Shown here: piece by piece, positions 23,766-32,769 of the stretch
Position numbering within the stretch: the first letter of the stretch is position 1
Layout of the letters: every line of letters starts with the position of its first letter
Source of the DNA: Nitrospiraceae bacterium
GTDB taxonomy: Bacteria; Nitrospirota; Nitrospiria; Nitrospirales; Nitrospiraceae
Length of the DNA: 64,000 nucleotides
Assembly: GCA_050246315.1 (NCBI GenBank)
Contig: JBFWWG010000005.1
Location: 242,359-306,358, forward strand
Reading direction: 5' to 3'
Notes under the pieces: model-generated
The model's database searches: none
The model's input: the letters and a program-made list of their open reading frames with translations, nothing else
Told to the model about the DNA's origin: nothing
Made by a program: the position numbers and the translations under genes

Positions 23766-24057
23766 TGCGAACAAGCACAGACGTCGGCCTGCCTTCACGC
23801 GAATCCGCCTCATCCACGCGACCGATCTAATACACCCTCTCCAGTCCGAACCGTTTGTGTCTCTACCTTGAGATTCGGTGTGTGCCGAGACCCGCCCTTA
23901 CAGCGGTATCGGCCTTTTAGTTGTCCGCGATCCTATGGTACTATCGCGCTATCTCGCCTGCCCGGCGGCCGGATGGCATTTCCGAAGCGTCCCACAAACA
24001 GAGCGTGTGCTTCTCGACCAGGGTGGTTGGGTGTATCTGGCGAGCGCGGTCATTGAT

Positions 24058-25173
24058 ATGTCGGCTAGAACACCATCATGTTCCGAGCAACTCACCGTCT
24101 CCCTTGGGGAGCGGACCTATCCGATAGTGATCCAACCCGGATTGTTGGATGAGATAGGCCGTCGCCTCAATGAGCTGGGTGCAACGGGAAAGGTGGGGTT
24201 GGTTAGCGATCAGACCGTCGCGCGCCTATATGCACGCCGGGTGACCGCGGCGCTCCGGAGAGAAGGGTACCCTGTGCGCCTCATCACAGTTCCGTCCGGC
24301 GAACGGGCAAAGTCGCTTAACTGGATGGGGAAAGTGTTGGATATTCTGGTCAAGGAGCGATTTGAGCGTGGATCCTATCTTGTCGCATTGGGCGGCGGGG
24401 TGGTCGGCGATCTCACAGGCTTCGCCGCCTCAGCCTATCTGCGGGGAGTGCCGTTTGTCCAGGTTCCGACCACGGTCATTGCGCAGGTTGATTCAAGCGT
24501 CGGCGGCAAGACCGGGGTCAATCATCGATTGGGGAAAAACCTTATCGGCTCGTTCTATCAACCGCGGGCGGTCCTGATCGATCCGACGACCCTTCAGACT
24601 CTTCCAGCCCGAGAGGTCCGAGCGGGCCTTGCCGAGGTCATTAAGTACGGGGTGATTGCCGATGCGGATTTCTTTTGCTACTTAGAGGAGCAGGTCGCGG
24701 CCGTCCGGACGTTGGATCAGGCGGCGATCGCCTGGGTCATTCGGAGATCGTGTGAAATCAAAGCAGAGGTGGTCGGGGCGGATGAACGGGAAGGGGGTCG
24801 TCGGAGGATACTCAACTACGGCCATACCGTCGGCCATGCGCTGGAAGCGCTTGGAGCCTATCGATCGCTGGTGCATGGAGAGGCGGTGGCGATTGGGATG
24901 GTGGCGGAAGCCTCGCTCGCGGTCCAGTTGGGACATTGTCAGCCGAATGTGCCCGAGCGGCTGCGTGCGCTGGTGCAGGCGGCAGGCCTGCCGTATCGTC
25001 TTCCACGGATTGCGATAGCGAAAATGTGGACTGCGATGCAGCACGACAAGAAGGTGCACCAAGGAACGGTCTATGGCGTGTGGCCAGTTCGCATCGGGGA
25101 AGTTCGGATCGCGCCCTTGCGGCGGGAGCAGTTTCGACGATGGTTCGGTCTCGTGGAGAAGGTGCATGCGTAA
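24058..25173 (+). CDS. aroB: 3-dehydroquinate synthase
   Basis: ALGGGVVGDLTGF, DSSVGGKTGVN, LNYGHTVGHALE; start set at ATG 24058. Confidence 0.96.
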   Translation: MSARTPSCSEQLTVSLGERTYPIVIQPGLLDEIGRRLNELGATGKVGLVSDQTVARLYARRVTAALRREGYPVRLITVPSGERAKSLNWMGKVLDILVKERFERGSYLVALGGGVVGDLTGFAASAYLRGVPFVQVPTTVIAQVDSSVGGKTGVNHRLGKNLIGSFYQPRAVLIDPTTLQTLPAREVRAGLAEVIKYGVIADADFFCYLEEQVAAVRTLDQAAIAWVIRRSCEIKAEVVGADEREGGRRRILNYGHTVGHALEALGAYRSLVHGEAVAIGMVAEASLAVQLGHCQPNVPERLRALVQAAGLPYRLPRIAIAKMWTAMQHDKKVHQGTVYGVWPVRIGEVRIAPLRREQFRRWFGLVEKVHA

Positions 25174-25226
25174 CATCCGACCATTGCGGTCCCACCGTAT
25201 CAGAAGCATGTGTCGCCGCTGCTCAT

Positions 25227-26498
25227 ATGAATAGAACCTCGCAGAACTCCACAGATCGCCTCCGGCAGGCTTTGCGGGAGAAATCGCGTGAAGTGGAGGT
25301 GCTTCATCGCATCAGTGATTCCATCAGCAACACGCTGGATCTCGAATCCGTCCTGAAACACATCGTGGATGTGGTGGTGGAAGTCACGAACGCCGACGCC
25401 TGCCTCCTGTATTTGTTGTCGACCGGCAAGGATGAACTGGTGCTTCGCGCGTCCAAGAATCCCCACCCGAGGTTGATCGGCCGCATTACCCTCGGTTTGG
25501 GCGAAGGCATCACGGGCTGGGTGGCTCGGGAGCGCACGAGCGTGGTGATCCCCAACAACGCAAGCGACGACACCCGGTTCAAGGTATTTCACAACCTACC
25601 TGAAGATCGGTACCAGGCGTTCGTGTCGGTGCCGATACTGACGAAGAAGGAAGTGGTGGGTGTCATCAATGTCCAACACAAGCGTCCCCGCCGCTATCAG
25701 GCGGACGAGTTGGCGCTCCTGACGACGATCGCCAACCAAGTGGGCGGGGCCATCGAGAACGCGCGGCTCTATGATGAAATGCGGAGGAAAGTCCTGCAGG
25801 TGGATACCCTCTCTCAGGTCTCGGAAACGGTGACGTCCAACCGGTTGATTGAGGATATCTTTCAGTTGATCGTTGCCATGGTCGCGCAATTGATGAACTC
25901 CAAGATTTGCTCGATCATGCTCTTAGACCACGGCAAAGGTGAACTGCGCATCGTGGCCACACAGAGTTTGAGCGAGGCCTACCGCCGGAAGCCGAACCTG
26001 AAGATCGGCCAAAGTATCAGTGGCCGGGCCGTGCAGGAACGCCGTCCCATCATCGTGCCGGACGTAACCAAAGAACACGACTATATGTTCCCGGATATCG
26101 CCAAGAAGGAAGGGCTCTGCTCACTGCTGTCCGTGCCCATGCTGGTAAGGGAGAAGGCGCTTGGTGTGATCAATACCTACACGTCGGTCCCCCACCACTT
26201 CACAGTTGAAGAAACCAAAGTTGTGCAAGCCATTGCCAATCAAGCCGCGATCGCCATCGAGCATACAACGTTGCTCGACAAGTCGTTTGAAATGCAAGAA
26301 GCGTTGGCGGTGCGGAAGGTTGTGGAGCGTGCCAAGGGTTACCTGATGCGAACGCGAAGATTGAGCGAGGAGGAAGCCTTCCGCCTGATTCAGCGTCAAA
26401 GCATGACCTTGCGTAAATCGATGCGCGAAGTCGCCGAGGCGATTCTTCTCGCCGGGGAGATCGAGGAACAGGCTGCCGGAGGACGCAAGCTCCCATAA
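25227..26498 (+). CDS. GAF-GAF-ANTAR transcription antitermination regulator
   Basis: Two GAF repeats (LGEGITGWVA...SVPI...VGVINV; IGQSISGRAV...SVPM...LGVINTY) and a C-terminal ANTAR domain RKVVERAKGYLM...SEEEAFRLIQRQSM..RKSMREVAEAIL. Confidence 0.92.
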   Translation: MNRTSQNSTDRLRQALREKSREVEVLHRISDSISNTLDLESVLKHIVDVVVEVTNADACLLYLLSTGKDELVLRASKNPHPRLIGRITLGLGEGITGWVARERTSVVIPNNASDDTRFKVFHNLPEDRYQAFVSVPILTKKEVVGVINVQHKRPRRYQADELALLTTIANQVGGAIENARLYDEMRRKVLQVDTLSQVSETVTSNRLIEDIFQLIVAMVAQLMNSKICSIMLLDHGKGELRIVATQSLSEAYRRKPNLKIGQSISGRAVQERRPIIVPDVTKEHDYMFPDIAKKEGLCSLLSVPMLVREKALGVINTYTSVPHHFTVEETKVVQAIANQAAIAIEHTTLLDKSFEMQEALAVRKVVERAKGYLMRTRRLSEEEAFRLIQRQSMTLRKSMREVAEAILLAGEIEEQAAGGRKLP

Positions 26499-26505
26499 CC
26501 CACAT

Positions 26506-27412
26506 CTATGCTTCTCCGGTTTCCTCCACAGGCTCCAATAGGTAGTATGCCGGCCATGCCGTGACCGGACTTTCCGGGGACATTCGGAGAGTTTCAGAGG
26601 CGTCTTGCCGACGAGAATACCTGCCGACTCTATCTGGTCGAGTCGCGCTGGCCCGATGGCTTCCGGTGTCCCCCGTGCGGCTCTGCGGCAGCGCTTGAGC
26701 TGCCAGCGTGGCTGCTGTGGTGCTGCCAGAGGTGCGGTCGGGAGACGTCGGTGACGGCCGATACGGTGCTACACCGAACGCGACTCCCGCTGACCCAGTG
26801 ATTCTGGGGCAGCTACCTGGTCATGACCCACAGGACGGATTTGTCGGCACTCCATCTGCTACGACAACTGGGGATCGGCCGTTACGAGACGGCCTGGGTG
26901 ATGCTCCAGAAACTCGGGCAGGCCATGGTGTGGCTCCACCGCGAGCGTTTCGACAAGGCGTTCGTGGTCGGGGCTGTGGATGTGCACGGACTCGCTTCTG
27001 GCTGGGTCCGCCTCCAGGTCATTCCTGACGCCTTGGCGCCGTCCCTGACCGGCTTCGTCACGCGGGACATGGAGCCGGGCATCATCGTCGTTACCGATGG
27101 ATGATCAGGATACGCGCCGCTCTCCGAGCTAGGATACCGGCATCGTCCACGCCCTCAGCGGGAGCCGGAACTCGCCGAAAAGATCCACCCACGAGCTCAC
27201 CGTGTCTTCGGGAATCTGAAAACTCAGCTGCGCGGGACTCACAACGCGGTCGGACACCAACATCTCCAGGCGTACCTGGACGAATTCACCTTCCGCTTCA
27301 ATCGGCGCCGGACTCCGGCGGCCGCCTTTCAATCCCTGCTCGGCCTCGGGCGCCAGCGATCAGCCACGACCTGCGACCAGTTGTATGCGGTGGAGTCAAC
27401 CGGATAAGCATG
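26506..27412 (+). mobile_element. Degenerate IS1595-family (ISXO2-like) insertion sequence
   Basis: Imperfect terminal IRs (ATGCTTCTCCGGTTTCCTCCAC vs reverse complement of 27390-27411, 19/22 match); 8-bp direct repeat ACCCACAT at 26498-26505 and 27413-27420. Confidence 0.88.
26556..27407 (+). pseudogene. IS1595-family transposase pseudogene
   Basis: RWPDGFRCPPCG zinc ribbon, YETAWVMLQKL, HLQAYLDEFTFRFNRR; several in-frame stops and an apparent internal deletion. Confidence 0.88.
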
Positions 27413-27513
27413 ACCCACATGAATCATGACGGTTCGTGACGTTTCACCCGTTGCTCTTCGAGCGCAACGTGCTGCACGGCGGCTGCATTGGAAGCGGTCA
27501 TGAATAATACGGA

Positions 27514-28560
27514 CTAGCGCTTCGTGGATTCCTGTCCGGATGCAGGGGGCGCGGTTCGCGGCGACTGTTTTCGGGATCCGGAGGACCCGCGCTGTTGGAT
27601 CGTCAGCTCTTTCAGCTCTTGCTTCAGCTGGCTGATCTCACTCCGCATCCGTTCAAGTTCCAGATCTTTCCTCACCACCAAGTCCTTCAGTTCGCGGACC
27701 TCTTCGACCGTGGGGGCCGCCGCCGAGGGGAGTGATTCCGAGAGGCCGGCCGTGGGAACTGGGGCGGAGACTGGTGGGTCCGCCACTCGAGGAAGGGCTT
27801 GGTAGTCCACGGCCACCGATGGCAGATCGGCCGGCAACGGTAACACCACCGGACGAGACAGATCCGTCCGTAGGGCGGAGGCCGGCGAGAATAGCAGCGT
27901 CCGGCCGGCGAGGTCTTTTGAGTAGGCCTGAGTAGAGTCAATCGCACGGAGCGGGTCGGGGCGGCCGCGGTATATGGTTAAGATGATGTGCAGGGTCCGC
28001 GAACGCACGTACAGGGCGCCTGCGGTTTCTTCCGCTGTCGGGCCGATCCGTGATTGCGCTGCATCGATGTCTGCGGAAGATCCCCGGCTGGATGAAGAAT
28101 TGACGGATGAGGTCAAGATCCGAAAGCTGACAAACTGATCGGCTGTGGCCGAGGAGAGGGCGGTGCTGATCAGCGGAGCAAGAAACTGCGCATCGTCGGG
28201 AGAAAGGACCGGAATGACGGGTTGCCGGTCGTTTGTAGTGCCAGGCGTGGTGTTCGATCTCTGCTGCCCAAGCGAAAGGCCGCTCAAACTGGCCTGAATG
28301 ACCGAGGATTCCAGAATGATCGGGTGAGAAGCCTGGAGGCCGGTCACCGATCGAAATCCGGCGGTGGAGCCCCGTTGGGGAACAGTTTCAAGGATGATGG
28401 ATCCTCTTGGTCCGTCGTACAGCATGATTGGCTTCGGCGACAACAGTCCGCAGCCGGTCATGTGGGCGACGAGGCAGGTCATCACCATCAGGATGGCCCG
28501 AGGGAGAAGAGGATGATCCTTCTGTGAGCGGGTTTGAGTGCGGATACCCAACTGATTCAT
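27514..28560 (-). CDS. Hypothetical lipoprotein with C-terminal coiled coil
   Basis: Long ORF, lipobox-like MTGC, paralogous to the adjacent ORF (ASHPIILE / AAHPIRLD); start uncertain. Confidence 0.7.
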   Translation of the reverse strand: MNQLGIRTQTRSQKDHPLLPRAILMVMTCLVAHMTGCGLLSPKPIMLYDGPRGSIILETVPQRGSTAGFRSVTGLQASHPIILESSVIQASLSGLSLGQQRSNTTPGTTNDRQPVIPVLSPDDAQFLAPLISTALSSATADQFVSFRILTSSVNSSSSRGSSADIDAAQSRIGPTAEETAGALYVRSRTLHIILTIYRGRPDPLRAIDSTQAYSKDLAGRTLLFSPASALRTDLSRPVVLPLPADLPSVAVDYQALPRVADPPVSAPVPTAGLSESLPSAAAPTVEEVRELKDLVVRKDLELERMRSEISQLKQELKELTIQQRGSSGSRKQSPRTAPPASGQESTKR

Positions 28561-28688
28561 AGCGTTCCGAGAATCGACGGTGCAAACCGACGTCCGAACG
28601 CAGGCTCTCTTCGGATGAAGGACCGAGGTGCCTTCACAGGAGGCAAGGGCAAACAGACGGTTGCAGGAAGGGAGCTGATGCCGGATCA

Positions 28689-29630
28689 TCATTCACGCGG
28701 CCTCGATGTGGGTTGTTTCAACTCTTGCCGGATCGATTCCACCTCCTTTTTCAAGGCGTCGATCTCTTCGTTCTTCTTGTTCAGGTCGGTACGAATCTGT
28801 TGCAACTCCTGTTCGTCGTCGGCTGTCGGCTGGCGCTGGTCCTTCAACTCTCCTGCTCTGTCGGACGCTGGTCCCCCGGCTGTCGCCGATCCGGCAGCGG
28901 CCGATCCATCGGTGCCCGGCAGTGTGGCGAGCATTTCGTAATCAATCACAAACGTTGTGTCGGGTGTCGCACCGAACAGTCTGTGCTTTTTCTGGTGGTT
29001 CGGTTTCAATGCTGCGTCAGGCACAAAAGCCAAGACCTTATCCCCTAGGCCGGATGTATCCGGCACACGGCGATTAGCCATGTTGATGGAATCGGCTCGC
29101 TCAGCTCGCTTCCGATAACGGGACACCGTGAGGCGCAGGGCACCATCAGTAACCAACAGATGGCCGGATGTGGTTTCGAGCAGGGTTGATTCGGCGAGCG
29201 GTGGTTCGGAGGAGCCAACTCCCGCTCCTCCCCGGCTGGCATAGGACAGGGTTGCAGGATAGTTGTGCACCCGAAATCCGACTTGCTGATCAGGAGCAGC
29301 CTGAGCCAACGCGCTCGAAATATAGGGGGCGATAAATCGGATGTCCTCGTCAGAGAAGGCCCGTTGTCCCGGAGGGGTCTTGGCAAACACCCGCTGCATC
29401 GTCGTCGATTCTTCTCGCGCGATGACCCCCTGAAGAGCCCGCGTAATCAACTCCGCATCCAGCCGGATCGGATGAGCGGCTTGAAATGAACGGTCGGGAT
29501 TGCGCTCCAGATAGACCGCCCCCTTAGGGGCCTCGTGAATCATGAAATCGATATCCGAGGTTGTGGCGCACCCGAATGTGAGCAGGCATGAGACGACCAA
29601 GGTTGCAACGGGGATTGATCGCGGCGTCAT
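28689..29630 (-). CDS. Hypothetical lipoprotein with C-terminal coiled coil
   Basis: Signal peptide ending LTFGC; paralog of 27514-28560; start may be 29669. Confidence 0.75.
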   Translation of the reverse strand: MTPRSIPVATLVVSCLLTFGCATTSDIDFMIHEAPKGAVYLERNPDRSFQAAHPIRLDAELITRALQGVIAREESTTMQRVFAKTPPGQRAFSDEDIRFIAPYISSALAQAAPDQQVGFRVHNYPATLSYASRGGAGVGSSEPPLAESTLLETTSGHLLVTDGALRLTVSRYRKRAERADSINMANRRVPDTSGLGDKVLAFVPDAALKPNHQKKHRLFGATPDTTFVIDYEMLATLPGTDGSAAAGSATAGGPASDRAGELKDQRQPTADDEQELQQIRTDLNKKNEEIDALKKEVESIRQELKQPTSRPRE

Positions 29631-29756
29631 GGATGCCAGTCCTTTATGGCGGTTTTTCGGTGGCCACATGGTGATGGGCGGCAGTGTAGCACAGGACCTG
29701 CGTCCCTCCTACTGGGTCGAGACGGGGCCGGCCTCGATACATTGGGAGAAAGACTC

Positions 29757-29786
29757 TTGACAGATTTCTCTCAAAACGCCTATAAA
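29757..29786 (+). promoter_or_regulatory. Candidate sigma70-type promoter of the urea operon
   Basis: TTGACA-N18-TATAAA just upstream of leader 1. Confidence 0.65.
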
Positions 29787-29811
29787 CCTTCTCCAGATCA
29801 TTGTGGGGTCT

Positions 29812-29910
29812 TAGAACAACGAAGTTCTACGGTCCCTCAGCCTTAGTGAGCGAAGGACAATGGCGTCCTTTTGGTCCATGACAATAATGGACCGGAAGGG
29901 CGTTTTTTTT
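29812..29910 (+). promoter_or_regulatory. ANTAR-type dual-hairpin attenuator (leader 1)
   Basis: TAGAAC-AACGAA-GTTCTA and AAGGAC-AATGGC-GTCCTT; the second overlaps a 17-bp terminator stem (29863-29903) with a T8 run. Confidence 0.85.
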
Positions 29911-29972
29911 GTCCTACGCCCCTCCGGTCTTCTCACATCCGCCGGTGAGATGAGCAGACGAGGAGGGATGAC

Positions 29973-31364
29973 ATGAGATGGGCACTGAAGTCTGGGGTGT
30001 GGGTCGGGATCGTCGGGCTGGTGCTTGCCGTGACCGCACCGGCGGCGTTTGCCGAGGAACCGGCCGGACAGTCGACCGGAGGGGGACGCCTAACCCGTGA
30101 GCAGGAGCAACCAATTGCGCATCTCTGTGCGGGGTGCGTGGCGCCGATGTTTACCGACGGCAGTCAGGGGAAGATCGTACCGTACGGACGAATCGAATTG
30201 GACGGCATCTACAGCACCAGAAACACCAACCCTCTGGATCCCCAGCAGTTCAACGGCTATGGGACGGCGGCAGGTCGCCAAGAGAACAGTAGCTCGACCT
30301 TGAATCCTCGCTACAGCGTGTTCGGCCTTCGTGCCGACCGGACCGACGGGACGAATTCCCTCACCGGCGTGGTCGAGGTGGATTTTTACGGGCAGAGCGA
30401 CAGCGGCAATAACTTGCTGCCCCGCCTGCGGCTCGCCTATGTGAAGTACTCTCCCAACAACAACCGGACTCTCTTCACCATCGGTCAGGATTGGAATCCG
30501 ATCATGGGGTTGCTGACAGATAATATTGACTTTTCCATCATGGGCTACACGGGCAATCTTTGGCAGCGTATTCCGCAAATCACCGTCAAGCACAACTTCA
30601 CGGAAAACTTTGAAGGGCTGTTCACGGTCATGCGCTTCGAGCGCGGCCTGTCCAACTGTTGCGGCAACACGCAGATCCGGCCGACGGATGCCGGTTTTCA
30701 GGGCGGCGGGCCGGGCAGCACCGCTTCGTTCAACGATCCCGTGCAGATGCCGTACTTCGGCACCAGGTTCGCGTATCATGGAACGGACAATCTCGCCGGG
30801 ACCATGGTGGCCGCCAACGTGGCCTATCGCTGGTACCGATCTGCGCCCATTCCGTTCAATCCGCTGGTCGGGGCTGCCTTCCAATCGGGGCAGAACATCA
30901 ATTCGTATCTTGTCGGGGTTGAAGCCGTGCATCAGATCACCAAGCAACTGAGATTCTCGAGCGAGATCTCATACGGGCAAGCGCTCGGCAACGAGTGGTT
31001 CAGGTGGAACCAGGATCTGAACTGGTTCACCGGAGAGGAGGTTCGGACTCTAACCGGGTGGGTCCAATTGAGCTACGCCCATGCGTGGGACTATACCTTT
31101 CTCGCCGGGTATGGATGGGACAATCCGGTCGATTCGGATCTGCGCGGCAGCATCAATGCCTATGGGGCGGGCGGCGTGAACTCGAACATACAATACCAGT
31201 CCAACCAGCGGACGTATCTGACCGTGATCCATCCCGTGTGGGCGGATCTGATCATGGGCTTCGAATGGCAACACTTCTGGACGAATTGGGCCCAGCCGAC
31301 GGGGTTGGCGTCCCAGCGCTTTCAGGCGGACATGTTCACGCTGTCGGCCTGGTACAACTTCTAG
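29973..31364 (+). CDS. Putative outer-membrane beta-barrel porin (urea operon)
   Basis: Signal peptide, VEVDFYG and RLRLAYV porin-like strands, C-terminal WYNF. Confidence 0.75.
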   Translation: MRWALKSGVWVGIVGLVLAVTAPAAFAEEPAGQSTGGGRLTREQEQPIAHLCAGCVAPMFTDGSQGKIVPYGRIELDGIYSTRNTNPLDPQQFNGYGTAAGRQENSSSTLNPRYSVFGLRADRTDGTNSLTGVVEVDFYGQSDSGNNLLPRLRLAYVKYSPNNNRTLFTIGQDWNPIMGLLTDNIDFSIMGYTGNLWQRIPQITVKHNFTENFEGLFTVMRFERGLSNCCGNTQIRPTDAGFQGGGPGSTASFNDPVQMPYFGTRFAYHGTDNLAGTMVAANVAYRWYRSAPIPFNPLVGAAFQSGQNINSYLVGVEAVHQITKQLRFSSEISYGQALGNEWFRWNQDLNWFTGEEVRTLTGWVQLSYAHAWDYTFLAGYGWDNPVDSDLRGSINAYGAGGVNSNIQYQSNQRTYLTVIHPVWADLIMGFEWQHFWTNWAQPTGLASQRFQADMFTLSAWYNF

Positions 31365-31395
31365 CTGCGCTTACAGAGAGAAAAGGAGTCTGACG

Positions 31396-32763
31396 ATGGA
31401 TGTGACGCCTCATGATGAGATGAAGGGCACTGAGACCAGCAACACGGGTCATGACCACGAACCGTCTCGGCGGGATCTGCTGGCGCAGGGGGTCAAGGCG
31501 ACGGCCAGTCTGGGCGTCGCGGCGCTGCTCGGGAATCTCGGCCACTGGGCGCTGTCCTATGCCGCCGACCAGGAACCGATCAAGATCGGGGTGCTGCATT
31601 CGCTGAGCGGGACGATGGCTATCAGCGAGGTCTCGCTGCGGGATGTCGTTCTGATGGCGGTCGGAGAGATCAACGCCAAGGGCGGGGTTCATGGCCGTAA
31701 GGTCGTGCCCGTCGTGGTCGATCCGGCTTCGAACTGGGATCTCTTTGCAGAAAAGGCCAAGCAACTGCTCCTCCAGGACAAGGTGGCGGTGGTGTTCGGT
31801 TGTTGGACCTCCGTGAGCCGAAAATCCGTGCTGCCGGTCTTCGAGAAGAACAACGGGCTGCTGTTCTATCCGGTGCAGTACGAGGGGGAAGAATGTTCCC
31901 GCAACGTGTTCTACACGGGGGCGGCGGTGAACCAGCAGGCCGTGCCGGCCGTGGAATTTCTGATGAGCAAAGAGGGAGGCGGCTACAAGAAGTTCTATCT
32001 GTTGGGGACAGATTACGTGTATCCTCGCACGACGAACAAGATCCTGCGGGCGATGCTGTTGGCCAAGAAGGTTCCGCCAGCCAATATTATGGAGGAGTAC
32101 ACGCCCTTTCACCACCAGGATTATCAAACGATTGTCGGCAAGATCAAGAAATTCTCAGCCGGCGGAGGTGCCTGCGTCATCAGCACGATCAATGGTGACA
32201 GCAACGTGCCCTTTTACAAGGAATTTGCCAATCAGGGCTTGCGGGCTGAGGATGCGCCGATCATGGCATTCAGCGTGGCGGAAGACGAACTGCGGGGGAT
32301 GGATACGACGGCACTGGTCGGGCACCTGGCGGCCTGGAACTACTACCAGAGCGTGGATGCGCCGGAGAACAAGAAATTCGTCTCCGATTTCAGGACCTAC
32401 TGCAAGCAGAGCAATCTGCCGGACGGCGACAAACGAGTGACGGACGATCCCATCGAAGCCGCGTATTTCGGGGTGCACGTCTGGAAACAAGCGGTCGAGA
32501 AGGCCGGCTCCACCGAGGTGGACAAGGTACGCAAAGCGGTCTATGGGCTGGAGTTTGACGCGCCGGGCGGCAGAAAAAAAATGGATGAAGCCAATCATCA
32601 CACGCACAAACCCGTCCTGATCGGGGAGATCAGAAAGGACGGACAGTTCAACATCGTCTGGCACTCGAAGGGTTTGGTCAAACCGGAACCGTGGAGCGAA
32701 TACACGAACCCGGACAAGGGTTGCGATTGGGTGGCGCACCAAGGCACCTATCAGAAGAAGTAA
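31396..32763 (+). CDS. urtA: Urea ABC transporter substrate-binding protein
   Basis: Tat signal SRRDLL; IKIGVLHSLSGTMAISE, GCWTSVSRKSVLP, YPVQYEG. Confidence 0.95.
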   Translation: MDVTPHDEMKGTETSNTGHDHEPSRRDLLAQGVKATASLGVAALLGNLGHWALSYAADQEPIKIGVLHSLSGTMAISEVSLRDVVLMAVGEINAKGGVHGRKVVPVVVDPASNWDLFAEKAKQLLLQDKVAVVFGCWTSVSRKSVLPVFEKNNGLLFYPVQYEGEECSRNVFYTGAAVNQQAVPAVEFLMSKEGGGYKKFYLLGTDYVYPRTTNKILRAMLLAKKVPPANIMEEYTPFHHQDYQTIVGKIKKFSAGGGACVISTINGDSNVPFYKEFANQGLRAEDAPIMAFSVAEDELRGMDTTALVGHLAAWNYYQSVDAPENKKFVSDFRTYCKQSNLPDGDKRVTDDPIEAAYFGVHVWKQAVEKAGSTEVDKVRKAVYGLEFDAPGGRKKMDEANHHTHKPVLIGEIRKDGQFNIVWHSKGLVKPEPWSEYTNPDKGCDWVAHQGTYQKK

Positions 32764-32769
32764 GTCCGC

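Noticed and set aside
23766..24057. Possible aroK remnant between pilQ and aroB
   Set aside because: No P-loop or shikimate kinase motif seen; the upstream extension of the aroB ORF looks non-coding.
25179..25191. GACC-ATTGC-GGTC hairpin before the ANTAR gene as an autoregulatory site
   Set aside because: 5-nt loop, no partner hairpin and no terminator.
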